64,000 nt of DNA from the NCBI RefSeq assembly GCF_006345805.1, contig NC_043001.1, forward strand, positions 134,602,001 to 134,666,000. The letters are read 5' to 3'. The notes under the pieces were generated by a model. That model saw nothing but the letters and a program-made list of their open reading frames with translations, was not told the DNA's origin and made no database searches. The position numbers and the translations under genes are program-made. Below, piece by piece: positions 11,627-24,367 of this stretch (position 1 is the first letter of the stretch; each line of letters starts with the position of its first letter). Source of the stretch: Octopus sinensis. Taxonomy: Eukaryota.

Positions 11627-11799
11627 AAATCCCATAAAACTCATCAGTTTAGTTAAAAATGGAGAAGACAAGTTGCTACAATATATAAGAATTAAAATTC
11701 TCTTATGTATTTTAACAACTTGTCTTCTCTATTTTTAACTAAATTGATGAGTTTCATGGGACTTCTTTCCATAAATTCACCATACATCATATATATATA

Positions 11800-12210
11800 G
11801 CATGACTTCCGAACGTTGGGCCTCACAGAGGCAATGATGAAAGACCAAGACCTCTGGAGATATGCTGTGATTGCGAAGACCCGACAAATAAAGTGAGTCC
11901 ACGGTGTATCCTACACAAGCTTCACATAACCATCCCCACCCCATTCAAAGTACCTTGGATCATAGGATGACCTGCTGTGATTACCTTGGATTGTAGGGTG
12001 ACCTGCTGTGCTTGAGGGGACCCATTGAGTCAATTGCATCAACATCAACATCAAAATAGAAATCAAATGGAAACTGTAGCTGTGATACCTGTGCCAGTGG
12101 CATGTAAAAAACACCATCTGAACGTGGCCGATGCCAGCATCACCATGACTGGATTTTGTGCTGGTAGCACGTAAAAAGCACCAATAGATCATGGCTGTTG
12201 CCAGCCTCCT
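11800..12210 (+). mobile_element. Diverged RTE ORF end plus 3'UTR
   Basis: LGLTEAMMKDQDLWRYAVIAKTRQIK*, followed by UTR resembling the 672-1422 family. Confidence 0.6.
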
Positions 12211-12466
12211 CTTAATAAAACATCAATTCTCCCTTAATTTCTTTGTCTCAAATTCTCTCCCTGTCTTTTTCTTTCTCTCTCTCTCTCTCTCTGTCTTCAT
12301 CACCTCTCTCACCATCTCTATGCCTACTATTACTCTCACCCCATCATGAGTAATAGTAGGTGTGTCATTGAATAGTGAGAGATGGGATCTAAGTGTGACA
12401 CGCTGATACACAGAAATTAGTTTTCGCATTTATTATATCATATTATATTGTATATATATATATATA

Positions 12467-12805
<339 letters not shown>

Positions 12806-13434
12806 TATATTATTCTTTACTTTTTTTCCCCTTTTTGTTAAAATAATTTTCCAGATAATTTCAGCATTGAGAAAACCAGTATGTCTGAATGATCTCACTG
12901 TAGGTAGCACTAAACGGTATTATCTTTATAGTCTTTTATCTCCCCCAATAATCTACTGAACTCTCATAATGACATAGAACATTCAAACCTACCACCACCA
13001 AACGGTAATATTGATTTCTTTTGATGGATATATTTAGGACAAACAGATTGGAATGTTGTGGTGGCTGGTTACATTTTCCTCAAAAGCATTATCTATGAAA
13101 GTGAAAGTAAAACGACCACAGCTAGAATTAAAAGCCAGTCAGAAATTCCTTTTGCTGCAAACATTTTCATATTTTGTTTTTTTGCTCTAATCTGTCTTTG
13201 ATGTCTAAATGACATCCTAACAGTTGGTTTCGTGCTAAAGAATGCTAAACATGTAAGCTGACCAAATTACTATTTCTCTAATCCTCACTAAAGTAAGAAA
13301 ATTATAGATTCAGGAACTTTTAAATAATTAAGTAAAGTATTCACTATTTCTGGTATCTTTATTGTTTTCAATTTGATCTTAAGAAATTTCAGAAAAAAAA
13401 AACTTTTTTTAAAATAAATCTGCTAACTAAATAG

Positions 13435-13812
13435 CAGGCACAAGTGTGGCTGTGTGGTAAGTTTGCTTCACTACCACATGGTACCAGGTTCAATCCTACT
13501 GCATAGTACCTTGAGCAAATGTCTTTTTACTACAGTCTTGGGTTGAAGAAATTGACCCCAGGACTTATTCTTTGTAAGCCTAGTACTTAGTCTATCAGTA
13601 ACTATTTGCTGAACTGCTGAACACACCAACATTGGTTGTCAAGTGATGGTGGGGTGACAAACACAGACACAAAGATATACACACAAATCCACTCACGAGG
13701 CTTTGGTCAATCCGAGGCTATAGTAGAAGACACTTTCCCTGAGGTGCCACACAGTGGGACTGAACCCAGAACCATATGGTTAAAAAGCAGGCTTCTTACC
13801 ACACAGCCACAC
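13435..13812. mobile_element. Old SINE A head (+) fused to an inverted SINE A (-)
   Basis: 13435-13545 degenerate plus-strand head; 13546-13812 degenerate minus copy. Confidence 0.65.
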
Positions 13813-14769
13813 TTAAAAATTTCTTTTTTCTTATAAAGTATTTAATGTTTGTTATAAGTTTCACTGTTGGCAGTAATAATGGTCATTCATACTGTTGTTT
13901 AACCCCAAGACAGACTTAATCCAGCAAATCTATGATCAAAGACATTCCAGTCCTTAACAATTCTATCTTTTGTTCTTTTTTTCAAGAATAGTGTATCTAA
14001 GACTACATCATCTAGTATGTTTTCTCTTTTTTAAGATAGTAGGGTGTAACATGATGGAAATTTAGCTTCTATATTTAGCTATGTTTAGAAGCTTCTTCAT
14101 TAGCTTATGCTTTTTTATGTATTAAATTGGGGTGACAACAACAGTAACAACAACAACATGAACATCTCTGAACCTATTACAGCTGTAAGTAACCCTCTCA
14201 CAACCAGGAGATGTCATAGTCATTCTCCATTTTCATCAGTTTATTGGACCAGTGAGAATGTGATATATCTCAGCCAAACATAAGTGATATAAATGGGAAC
14301 TTAAAGCTATGCAGGTTTTCTCAGCAGGCACATCTAATACAGCCAATGAAAACTGTCTACTCACATTTTCTTCAATCAGAGCAGTCATTGGCAGAATCTA
14401 TTTTCATTTCAGTAGCTGTTATGAGACAAGTTTCAACTCTATGATATATTGATTTGCTATATCTCTCTATTCCAGGCCATATATATTAGTTTTCTTTTCT
14501 GCTTCATTAATACTTACCATTCACACAATACATGTAACCCCAAAGAACTATATTTCAAGATCTTATAATAAAATGCAATGTGTATCCCATCAGTTACACT
14601 TGTTGAGGGAAACTAAAACAACAGAGTGGGGTGAGTGATAGTCAATGACACTAAATGCAGGCAAACTGTATTGAGAGATTTTGCTCTGAAGTCACTGGTT
14701 TTTATTGGAATTATGTCTGCTTCAACAATTTCATCCACATACACACACATATTTAAATATATATGAAAC

Positions 14770-15117
14770 TCATTCTTGCTCACAACATCATAAGCGGAAA
14801 GTGTAACCTCTCGAAAGAGCTGTTCTTCACTCCTGCTCCAGGGTGTCGGCTGCAGGGTCACTCCGAAAACCTCTATCTGCGACGATTTCATCTCAATCGA
14901 AGGAGAGGGGCTTTCTCTGTCCGGGTTGCGGATCCATGGAATAAGCTGCTGGATGAGATAGTGAAGATGCCGACGACCACTCGGTTCAAAGTCTCTCTTG
15001 ACCAGAAATGGCCTGAACTCTTTGCATGAACACCCTCCCTGTACATAACTCCATGTCCCCCTAGATGGCCTTGCTTTTTGCTTTTTGAGCCAAAAAATTA
15101 ACTTAACTTAACTTAAA
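14770..15117 (+). mobile_element. CR1-clade LINE 3' end
   Basis: ORF ...RLQGHSENLYLRRFHLNRRRGAFSVRVADPWNKL...FKVSLDQKW; (AACTT)n tail; same family as 34795-36125 and 40633-40893. Confidence 0.8.
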
Positions 15118-15328
15118 TATTACACTCTTTTCTTTTCAAAGTATCACTCACGTAATGTGTGTGTGTATGAAATTTTTTAGGGTACAGGGCAATTCTTTAA
15201 GTTGGTCTGCAAGAAACATTTTGAATATGCATATAAAAGCTCCTCCTATTCTATTATGTTGGCTACAGCCTAATGATGCCAACTGGCAATACCAGTTTCT
15301 TAGGGTTGCATCGAGCTGTGCTGATATA

Positions 15329-15912
15329 ATCATCATCATCATCGTTTAACGTCCGCTTTCCATGCTAGCATGGGTTGGACAGTTCAACTGGGGTCTGGGA
15401 AGCCCGAAGGCTGCACCAGGCCAGTCAGATCTGGCAGAGTTTCTACAGCTGGATGCCCTTCCTAACGCCGACCACTCCATGAGTGTAGTGGGTGCTTTTT
15501 ATGTGCCACCGACACAGGTGCCAGACAAGGCTGGCGAACGGCCATGCTTGGATGGTTTTTATTTATGTGCCACCGGCACGGAGGCTAGGCGAGGCTGGCA
15601 CGGCCACGATCAGATGGTGTTTGTTACGTGCCCACAGCATGGAGGCCAGTCGATGCAGTACTGGCTACGGCCATGTTCGGATGGTTTTCTTATGTGCCAC
15701 CGGCACTGGTACCACAAAAATACAAATTCCATTGATGTTCATCGATTTTGATTTGATTTGATTTTCACTTGCCTCAACAGGTCTTCACAAGTAGAGTTAT
15801 GTGTCCCAAAAAGGAAGGTATGCACAGGTGAACTGACTACGTCCCAGGTAGGGGCCATGGGTTATGGCTTCACGTGTCCTGCCAGGTCTTCTCGCGCACA
15901 GCATACTTCCAA
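15329..15912 (-). mobile_element. RTE ORF end plus 3'UTR (minisatellite family)
   Basis: (CAT)n tail; minus strand WKYAVREKTWQDT* at the 5' end. Confidence 0.8.
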
Positions 15913-16044
15913 TGTAGGATAAATATAGTAATAATAATAATCCTTGGATAGAATTTATAAATATTATAATTCATCGCTACAAAACATGATTTATAGAAAC
16001 ACGTGTAGTGATTCATTAAAATATCCATAAATTCCATTCAAGAA

Positions 16045-17370
16045 TTATTATGATTATTATTACTATATAACTTAGATTGGTTTCAGCCATTATCAGCCTG
16101 GGACATGACTAACTCAGTAGCACCACTTGGAAAAGCCTTTTAGTTAATTACTTCAGGACACCATGGACCATTCAAGCAGAGAGTTGTTGTTGGTTGAGAC
16201 ATGTCCAGGTGTAGGTGGTTTATCTAGTATTTCCTGGAGAAATTTGTCCAGATACCGTTTGAAAGTTGTGGGGTCTTTTTCTCCTTTAATTTCTTTCGGA
16301 ATAACATTGAAAAGTGCAGGACCATTTGTAGTGAAGAAATTGGGTTTCAATATTCTTATGTGATGTGATCTCGACCTTTGTAGGGGACACATTGCATTGG
16401 GGCCTAGTCTTGGGTGAATTGTAAACATAATACCAATATCATTTGGATAATATTGGTGGAATATTTTCCACATGGTGCAAATAATGTATCGCTCATGGGA
16501 GTATTGCAGAAAATAGAGCTTCAGCTGTTTAAGTCAAATTCAGTAATCAAGTCCCATCATGCCATTTATTTTTTAGTGATTGATCTTTGTGGCACTTCGA
16601 TCATCATTATGTCTTGTTTTTTGTAGGGGGACCACAATGGGCAGCAGTATTCGTGGTGGGGCCTAACAAATGTGGAGAAGAGAAGGATGATGGTTTCATG
16701 ATCCCTAAATTGGCAAGTTCTGAGGATCCATGAGCCCATTCTGCAGGCAACATCAACTTTTTTGTTGATGTGCACACTCCAGCTAAGGTTGCTGTCGACA
16801 GTTACACCTAAGTCCCTGATATTATCTGATGGTTTAAGTAGGTCACTACTATACAGTAGTGTACATGGTTGTTTGAGTGTGCCCTCTCTTCCAAAGTGGA
16901 TGAGCTCAAATTTTTCTTCGTTCAACTGCAAATTGTCTTTTTGTGCCCACTGGGTTACTGTGCATAGGTCCAATTGAAGCATTGTTCGATCATATGCTCC
17001 CTTAATGACTTTCTGGAGCTTAGAGTCATCTGCAAATATTTTTATGGTGCTACGTTCAATGGAATCTGCAATGTCATTGATATAGTCAATAAAAATGAAG
17101 TGGACCCAGCACAGTACCCTGCGGGACTATGCTGATGACTTTTGCTGGTCTTGAGTGGATGCCATCAACCACAACATGGTGGGTCCTGTTTTTTTGGAAA
17201 TACCTAATCCATTGAAGTAGCTTTCCACTGACTCCAGCGTTGGATAGTTTCTTTAACAGTATATTGTGGATGACTCTGTCAAAGGCCTTGCTAAAATCAT
17301 GGTATATGACATCTGCGTTGGAGTCCTCACTTAGTGCATTTAAGATGTCATCAAAGTGGTGGAGGGGCTG
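16045..17370 (-). mobile_element. CR1/L2-group LINE RT region, decayed, (TAA)n tail
   Basis: YHDFSKAFDRV, PQGTVLGPL, FADDSK, DLGVTVDSNLSW, EYCCPLWSP, C-terminal KPPTPG..NNNSLL. Confidence 0.85.
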
Positions 17371-17452
<82 letters not shown>

Positions 17453-17635
17453 TATAATATATGTATACTTTATTTCTTTTGTCTCTTGTATCTCTATTTT
17501 CAATATTGGTAACCTTGACATGGTATGTATGGATTCTCCGTACACTCTCCACAACTACAAACCCTCACATTGCTGATAGTAACACATATTTTTTCATAAT
17601 CTATCTAATGTATTCTCTTTAGTTTCTCTATCCTA

Positions 17636-18419
17636 CTCACTCCTCGACTTACGACCTATGCGATTTAAGACCATCCACACTTATGACCACAAAAAATAAA
17701 TAAATAAGAATCGATTTTCAGACGTTGGACAGCATCTGGCAATGGCAGGCCTCCGTCAGACCCATGCATCCACATTGCTGGATTGTGAAACAAAAGAACT
17801 TTCAGATGAAGATTTCATTGAATTAGAAGCATACAGAGTGGCAAAAGAAAAAGCAAAAGAAGAGAAAGATTTGCCAGGAAAGAAATTCATAGCAAAGGTT
17901 TTATTTGATTCGTTTTCGCAACTTAATAAATTTCTCACTAATTTTGAAGGAATGAACCATAATGTCGTACGCTTCGCAAAAGTTGGACATATCATTCAAA
18001 ATACTGTACGTTGTTATCATAAGATATATGTAGAAGAAAAGGAAAAGAAACTATTCAAAGCTCACCGTGTTCCTTGAAAAACCATCTACCTCAACCAAAG
18101 AAAATAACTGTGAAAATTAAAAATTTATGTTCAATTGCACATTTTTCATAGGAACAATTTTTTTTTATTGCATGTATTTGGAATTTCATTTGTATTAATT
18201 TTTACATTAGTTTTATAGTGTATTTATGTTTACAGTACAACAGAGTACAGATGTATTTTTCACATTATGTACAATAATTATGGATTGAATTTCGGGGGTT
18301 TATATTTTTATAACTCGTTTAAATGAAAATAGTGTTGGAAAATAGAAATCCAACGCACGACCGGATCGACCTACGACCTGTCAGACGGAACGGAACTCGG
18401 TCGTAAGTCAAGTTGTACC
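17636..18419 (+). mobile_element. Tigger/pogo deletion derivative with transposase C-terminal remnant
   Basis: TA flanks; TIR cores TCCTCGACTTACGACC / GGTCGTAAGTCAAG; ORF 17742-18077 ELSDEDFIELE...NVVRFAKV...VRCYHKIYVEEK resembles the Tigger transposase tail. Confidence 0.75.
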
Positions 18420-18584
18420 TAGTTTGCTAACAGAGAATACTACAATATTTACTGGTGTACAAGATGCGCTTTTTCTAAATTTAAAAATAGATCCCAAAAT
18501 TACTTTATGTCTAATATGACCATATTTATATGGGAAATTGAACTCCGTACGCTAAAGACCAGAATGAGCCTGAGTTCACAGGGT

Positions 18585-18967
18585 GGAAGCACTCCGTCGG
18601 TTACGACGACGAGGGTTCCGTTTGATCCGAATCAACGGAACAGCCTGCTCGTGAAATTAACGTGTAAGTGGCTGAGCACTCCACAGACACGTGTACCCTT
18701 AACGTAGTTCTCGGGGAGATTCAGCGTGACACAGAGAGTGACAAGGCCGGCCCTTTGAAATACAGGTACAACAGAAACAGGAAGTAAGAGTGAGAGAAAG
18801 TTGAGGTGAAAGAGTACAGCAGGGATCACCACCATCCCCTGCCGGAGCCTCGTGGAGCTTTAGGTGTTTCCGCTCAATAAACACTCACAACACCCGGTCT
18901 GGGAATCGAAACCGCGATCCTATGACCGCGAGTCCGCTGCCCTAACCACTAGGCCATTGCGCCTCCA
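18585..18967 (-). mobile_element. SINE family B, full length
   Basis: 15-bp TSD CTGAGTTCACAGGGT (18570-18584 / 18968-18982). Confidence 0.9.
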
Positions 18968-19514
18968 CTGAGTTCACAGGGTACAATAACTGTTACTAAT
19001 AATAAAAGGTTGAAAACAAGCCAAATTGACACAGACTATTAGCATAAATTTGCTAAAAAGTGCTCACAATTACGTCGCTAACTACGTGAGATCACGTTCA
19101 TCACATTATTCCTACTTCCTCAACATACATGACCCGCTTATTTAATGAATTTATTGCCGTGGGAAAAAAAAAAACGTGACCATACCTTTGGTGCATCACC
19201 TTGGTGGCCGATCGCAGTTACACAGAATCTTACTGCTAGAGATACAAATTTTACACCTATTATGGCTATTCTTGTGACCGAAATATAAAAACTATTCAGT
19301 TGATCTGAAAGAAGATAAAGCTGAAATACAGTTTCACCATAACGAAGTTTATTACGATAAATTTATGATTTCATACTTAATTTTAGTATTCTGTCGGAGC
19401 ATTCTATTTACATGCACAGAATTTCCCGCCTCCCAAACCACTTTGAAATGTCTTTCAATAAACGTATGATCTTTAGTTACGCCGGTTTTTTTTTTTATTA
19501 TCAATTCAATTTTA

Positions 19515-19620
19515 TTATTGTTAGGTTTGTAATCTTTATTTCTATTACAATTACTTTTGTATTAGGATTTTATGTTATTTATGAATACGATATCAAGAAG
19601 ATTATTGTGTTATCTACTTA
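19515..19620 (+). pseudogene. nad5: Possible short, diverged nad5 NUMT
   Basis: Encodes ISITITFVLGFYVIYEYDIKKIIVLST, matching the ND5 motif E.D(L/I/M)KKIIALST; T-rich mitochondrial-like composition. Confidence 0.45.
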
Positions 19621-19961
19621 TACACTGACGAATGCGGTAATTAGTTAAATTTGTGCTTCATTTTAGACAATTACTGTTTCATAAATAACTTAATTAACAT
19701 CTCTATGTCACCATACTGATGTGTCAATAAGACAGCATGAATGTATTTGCAAAACTTGATAGAAACAATAACTAAAACATGCTGTTTTGAAAAATGGAGG
19801 GCATATTGGATAATGTAGTAATGGGTATACTAATCCTGCAACTAAGGTAGAATAGGCATAGTTGGAATGTCTTTGATCAGAAATCAAATCTGGAGTTAAG
19901 CAACACGGATATATGTAGATTGTGATGGTGAATAAGGATATAGTTGAGGGGTTAAATGCTC

Positions 19962-20377
19962 GGATCTTTTCGGTTTGAACGGCAGTTTTTAACGTAATTT
20001 CTAGGTAACTAAAAAATTTTAAACTTCGTATACTGGTAGAATGTGTTTATAAAACATCTTTTTCTCTTGGCTTTATTGAGAAAATTCTAGTTTGTAAGAT
20101 ATATGTTGTTTTTTTTTTCTTCAATTTCTGCAATTTCAACCAATCGATGACGTCTATTGAGGTAAAAAAAAAAAACATTCTGTGTCGTATGAATATGTCC
20201 CTCGTTTAAGAAACAGATTGGATTTATTTACATTTGTGAAGAAAAAAAGAAACTCTTCCCCCCACCCCCAACCCTAAAACAGATTGAAATGCAATAGATC
20301 GATACTAGGGTCATAATTATGGGTGACAATTTCATATGACACCGCTAGAAAAACTGCCGTTCAAACCGAAAAGATCC
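19962..20377 (+). mobile_element. MITE family M (GGATC TIRs, 8-bp TSD; Merlin-like?)
   Basis: TIR GGATCTTTTCGGTTTGAACGGCAGTTTTT; TSD AAATGCTC both sides. Confidence 0.9.
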
Positions 20378-20905
20378 AAATGCTCTCTTTGAAATCATGA
20401 GGTTTCAGGTTTGATCTCATTACATGGCATCTTGGACAAATGTTTTGGAATTTAGTATATAGAAACTGTTTAGAACAGGCGTGGAAACCGTTTGCGAGAA
20501 GCGGCCAGCATCAGACATGGTTCATCAAGCGGGTTGCCCTACTGAAAGAATTCAAGGAAACTTTTTGTTGGTGTGCCATTCAGAAAGTCCTACAGACTGC
20601 AATTTTGCCCATGACTGATTTAGAGGCTCATTAGATAGATGTTTTGTTCTTGAGATATCAATTCTTGCTATATATTGTATCATGCTAATTTTATATGAGG
20701 ATTGTCTGTGGAATATTCAACCACATACACGTTTATGTAATGAGTGGGTAGTTCGATCTATCGAACGACAAAGCACTTATCGTTGAAGCCAACTGAGGAC
20801 CTCACCCACCGCCGTGGTTACTAAACCAGGCAAGGGGATTACACTAACGTTTTTACCTGAATGTCATTTGATAAAGTAAATGTCATGTTTATTTAAACAA
20901 CATTC

Positions 20906-21326
20906 GGATCTTTTCGGTTTGAACGGCAGTTTTTAACATAATTTCTAGGTAACTAAAAAATTTTTAACTTCGTGTACTGGTAGAATGTGTCTATAAAACA
21001 TCTTTTTCTCTTGGCTTTATTGAGAAAATTCTATAGCTTGTAAGATATTTGTTTTTTTCTTCTTCAATTTCTGCAATTTCAACCAATCGATGACGTCCAT
21101 TGAGTTAAAAAAAAAAACATTCTGTGCCGTATGAATATGTCCCTCGTTTAAGAAACAGATTGGGTTTATTTACATTTGTGAAGAAAAAAAAGATACCCTT
21201 CTCCCACCCCTAACCCTAACCCTAAAACAGATTGAAATGCAATAGATCGATACTAGGGTCATAATTATGGGTGACAATTTCATATGACACCGCTAGAAAA
21301 AACTGCCGTTCAAACCGAAAAGATCC
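20906..21326 (+). mobile_element. MITE family M, second copy
   Basis: Same TIR; TSD CAACATTC. Confidence 0.9.
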
Positions 21327-21435
21327 CAACATTCTACTATATCTATGAATTGTGCATAAAGCGAGATGAGATAAATGATTTAGAAGTGTATAGGCGCAGG
21401 AGTGGCTGTGTGGTAAGTAGCTTGCTTACTCAGCC

Positions 21436-21660
21436 ATATATGGAACACCATGGTCCATGCTAACAAAGAGTTATTATTGTTGGAGACATTTCTGGGTGCG
21501 GGAGGTGAATAATATAAAACTATCCTTTCATAAGTTCTATAGTTATTCAAGTGGTTGAAAAAAAAAAAAAAAACAGTAAAAGAATAAGTGTAGAATTTAG
21601 CTGGAAATCCAGAATTTGTATATTTCAAAAAGAACCCCCAGACATTCCTGTATAACAATG
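21436..21660 (-). mobile_element. 3' fragment of the CR1/L2-group LINE seen at 16045
   Basis: NNNNSLLAWTMVF motif; homologous to 31270-31390. Confidence 0.6.
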
Positions 21661-21873
21661 ATGTAGATTATAGAAAATATCGAATATATTCTTTTCGTTT
21701 TTAGCATTCCTGTGTTTCATACAAGGAAAATTACGGTTCTGAAAGATGTTTTTTCAAAAATTAAACATTGCTTTTAATTCCATGCCCCTGCTTTCGTAAC
21801 ATTTTCTTTACCCGTTTTGTAGTGTGTGCTGCATCCGAAACTACGACCCCGTCCTTTACACACACACACACAT

Positions 21874-21944
<71 letters not shown>

Positions 21945-21945
21945 C

Positions 21946-21993
21946 AAAAACTGTCCAACGAACGGGAACGTGAAACTCAGAGTAACAGGTTTT
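21946..21993 (+). ncRNA. Degenerate minimal hammerhead ribozyme (family H1)
   Basis: AAAAACTGT-CCAACGA-ACG GGAA CGT-GAAA-CTC A GAG-TA-ACAGGTTT. Confidence 0.55.
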
Positions 21994-23228
21994 GTTGAAT
22001 TTTCTGCTACTTTTAAATAAAGTATATATATATATATATATATATCAAAAGGATATGTTATAATACTATTTCACAGCGACACACCAACAATCCATACTAT
22101 TCCACATAAAACAAAAATAGCCATACCAACAATCCAACGTACCTCCATCATCAGCTGCCCCACGGATATCATTATGGTTTCGACACCTTAGCAGTACCAG
22201 TCAATCCGGCGACAGCACTAAAATAAGTGTTGTTTGGGAACAAATAAACCAAAGCAACCACAACTTTCAAACACATTTACCCAATGTACAACCGAATCGA
22301 TAAATAAATACCAAAAGTAAATTACATCCACTCCTAAATACGTAACTAAACAGCGACAACTCTATTAAGTCATACAAAATTATATAATCCCTACCGTCTT
22401 TCGTAGTGTAATATAAAAGTAAAAGCTTAATAACCACATTATTTTAATCAATCAATATATAGGCAGGATTAAACACTAACTTTAATAAAACTACAATAAG
22501 AGACATATAAACCAATGTACATTGTATCGGTATTAATAGTAAACTGCAATAACTAAATTATATGCTAAATTGCTATCAATCTTTAAGTCCATATAAATAA
22601 TAATCCCACCGGTCTTCCATAGATACTACTATAATGAAAGTTCAAGCCTTATAAATTTCTTTCCAAAAAAACACGATTGAAGTTAATAAACTCATTTTTA
22701 TGAGTGAAATACATTATTTCATCATTCAAAAGCTAATAATAAAACACTACATACTCATTAATATACCACCATTACAAGTTATAATATATATAATATGAAA
22801 CTTTTTTTAAAAAAGCTCATGCCGTGCGTTAACTTTTAATGCATATCCAGTGTAATGTGGATCAAAAATATTTTAAATTTGATGATATAATTTATAGTAA
22901 CACCAAAAGCATTAAATGTAGTAATGTTAGACCCCTGTTCAAACCCATCTTACACAGATGAGTGTGTGTAGAGATGAAAGAATCAAGTCTAGTGATAAAA
23001 ACTAACGAAATAAAATTGCGTTTAAGCTAATACGAATGAAAATATTCGAAATTAATGTCTACTTGTTCTTTATGATTGTTTATATACATAAACACTTTCT
23101 CTGTCAAACAGTCTTACGTGCATTCTCCCCCATACAAACACACATACATAAATCCATAATTATACATACACACAGACACATAAATGCATAATCATACGTA
23201 CATATACAAGTACTAACGGACATATTTA

Positions 23229-23612
23229 TCTTTATATATAAAAGTCAAGTTGTGTGTCTGTCTCCCAATGATTTAGATTCCCAACTACTCCCACATTTTG
23301 CGGTGCAGTTTAACCAAAACCGGGTATCTTATAGTCGCGATTCATATCGAGCCCTTCTGGGTATTAGCGCGCGTCTACGATGAGTCTACGATTTTTAAAA
23401 TAATTTACCATCATTTTTTTCCATTTTAATGCATATTTTTTTAATATAAGGGAAGTAACTCTCTAAAAATGTCTACGATGAGTCAACGATTTAAAAAAAA
23501 ATTTACCATAATTTTTTTTCCATTTTTAATGCATTTTTTGGCTATAACTCTCTAAAAATGCTTTATAGTTATTTCCCTTACAAACCCGAGCAACGCCGGG
23601 CGATACTGCTAG
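23229..23612 (+). mobile_element. Non-autonomous Helitron (384 bp)
   Basis: Starts TC after A (TCTTTATATATAAAAG); ends CTAG before T; hairpin CCCG-AGCAACGC-CGGG 8 nt upstream of CTAG; no TSD. Confidence 0.75.
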
Positions 23613-23621
23613 TTAAGAATA

Positions 23622-24367
23622 TATTTATTACCCACAAGGGGCTAAACATAGAGGGGACAAAGGGATTAAATCGATTACATCGACCCCAGTACGTTACTGG
23701 TACTTAATTTATCGACCCCGAAAGGATGAAAGGCAAAGTCGACCTCGGCGGAATTTGAACTCACAACGTAACGGCAAACGAAATACCTATTTCTTTACTA
23801 CCCACAAGGGGCTAAACACAGAGAGGACAAACAAGGACAGACAAACGGATTAAGTCGATTATATCGACCCCAGTGCGTAACTGGTACTTAATTTATCGAC
23901 CCCGAAAGGATGAAAGGCGAAGTTGACCTCGGCGGAATTTGAACTCACAACGTAACGGCAGACGAAATACCTATTTCTTTACTACCCACAAGGGGCTAAA
24001 CACAGAGAGGACAAACAAGGATAGACAAACGGATTAAGTCGATTACATCGACCCCAGTGCGTAACTGGTACTTAATTTATCGACCCCGAAAGGATGAAAG
24101 GCAAAGTTAACCTCGGCGGAATTTGAACTCACAACGTAACGGCAGCCGAAATACCTATTTCTTTATTACCCACAAGGGGCTAAACATAGAGGGGACAAAC
24201 AAGGACAGACATAGGTATTAAGTCGATTACATTGACCCCAGTGCGTAACTGGTACTTAATTTATTGACCCCGAAAGGATGAAAGGCAAAGTCGACCTCGG
24301 CGGGATTTGAACTCACAACGTAACGACAGACGAAATACCGCTAAGCATTTCACCCAGCGTGCTAACA
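23622..24367 (-). repeat. Tandem array of four SINE D units (184-bp period)
   Basis: TATTTCTTTA(C/T) junctions at 23788, 23972, 24156; only the last unit extends into the SINE 5' head. Confidence 0.9.

Noticed and set aside
17742-18077. Domesticated Tigger-derived (TIGD-like) gene or Fanzor-type ORF
   Set aside because: Only the C-terminal ~110 aa remain between TIRs; no DDE or RuvC motifs; a simple deletion derivative.
22030-23200. Large NUMT suggested by strand skew
   Set aside because: No mitochondrial protein, rRNA or tRNA motif recognisable; many stops.
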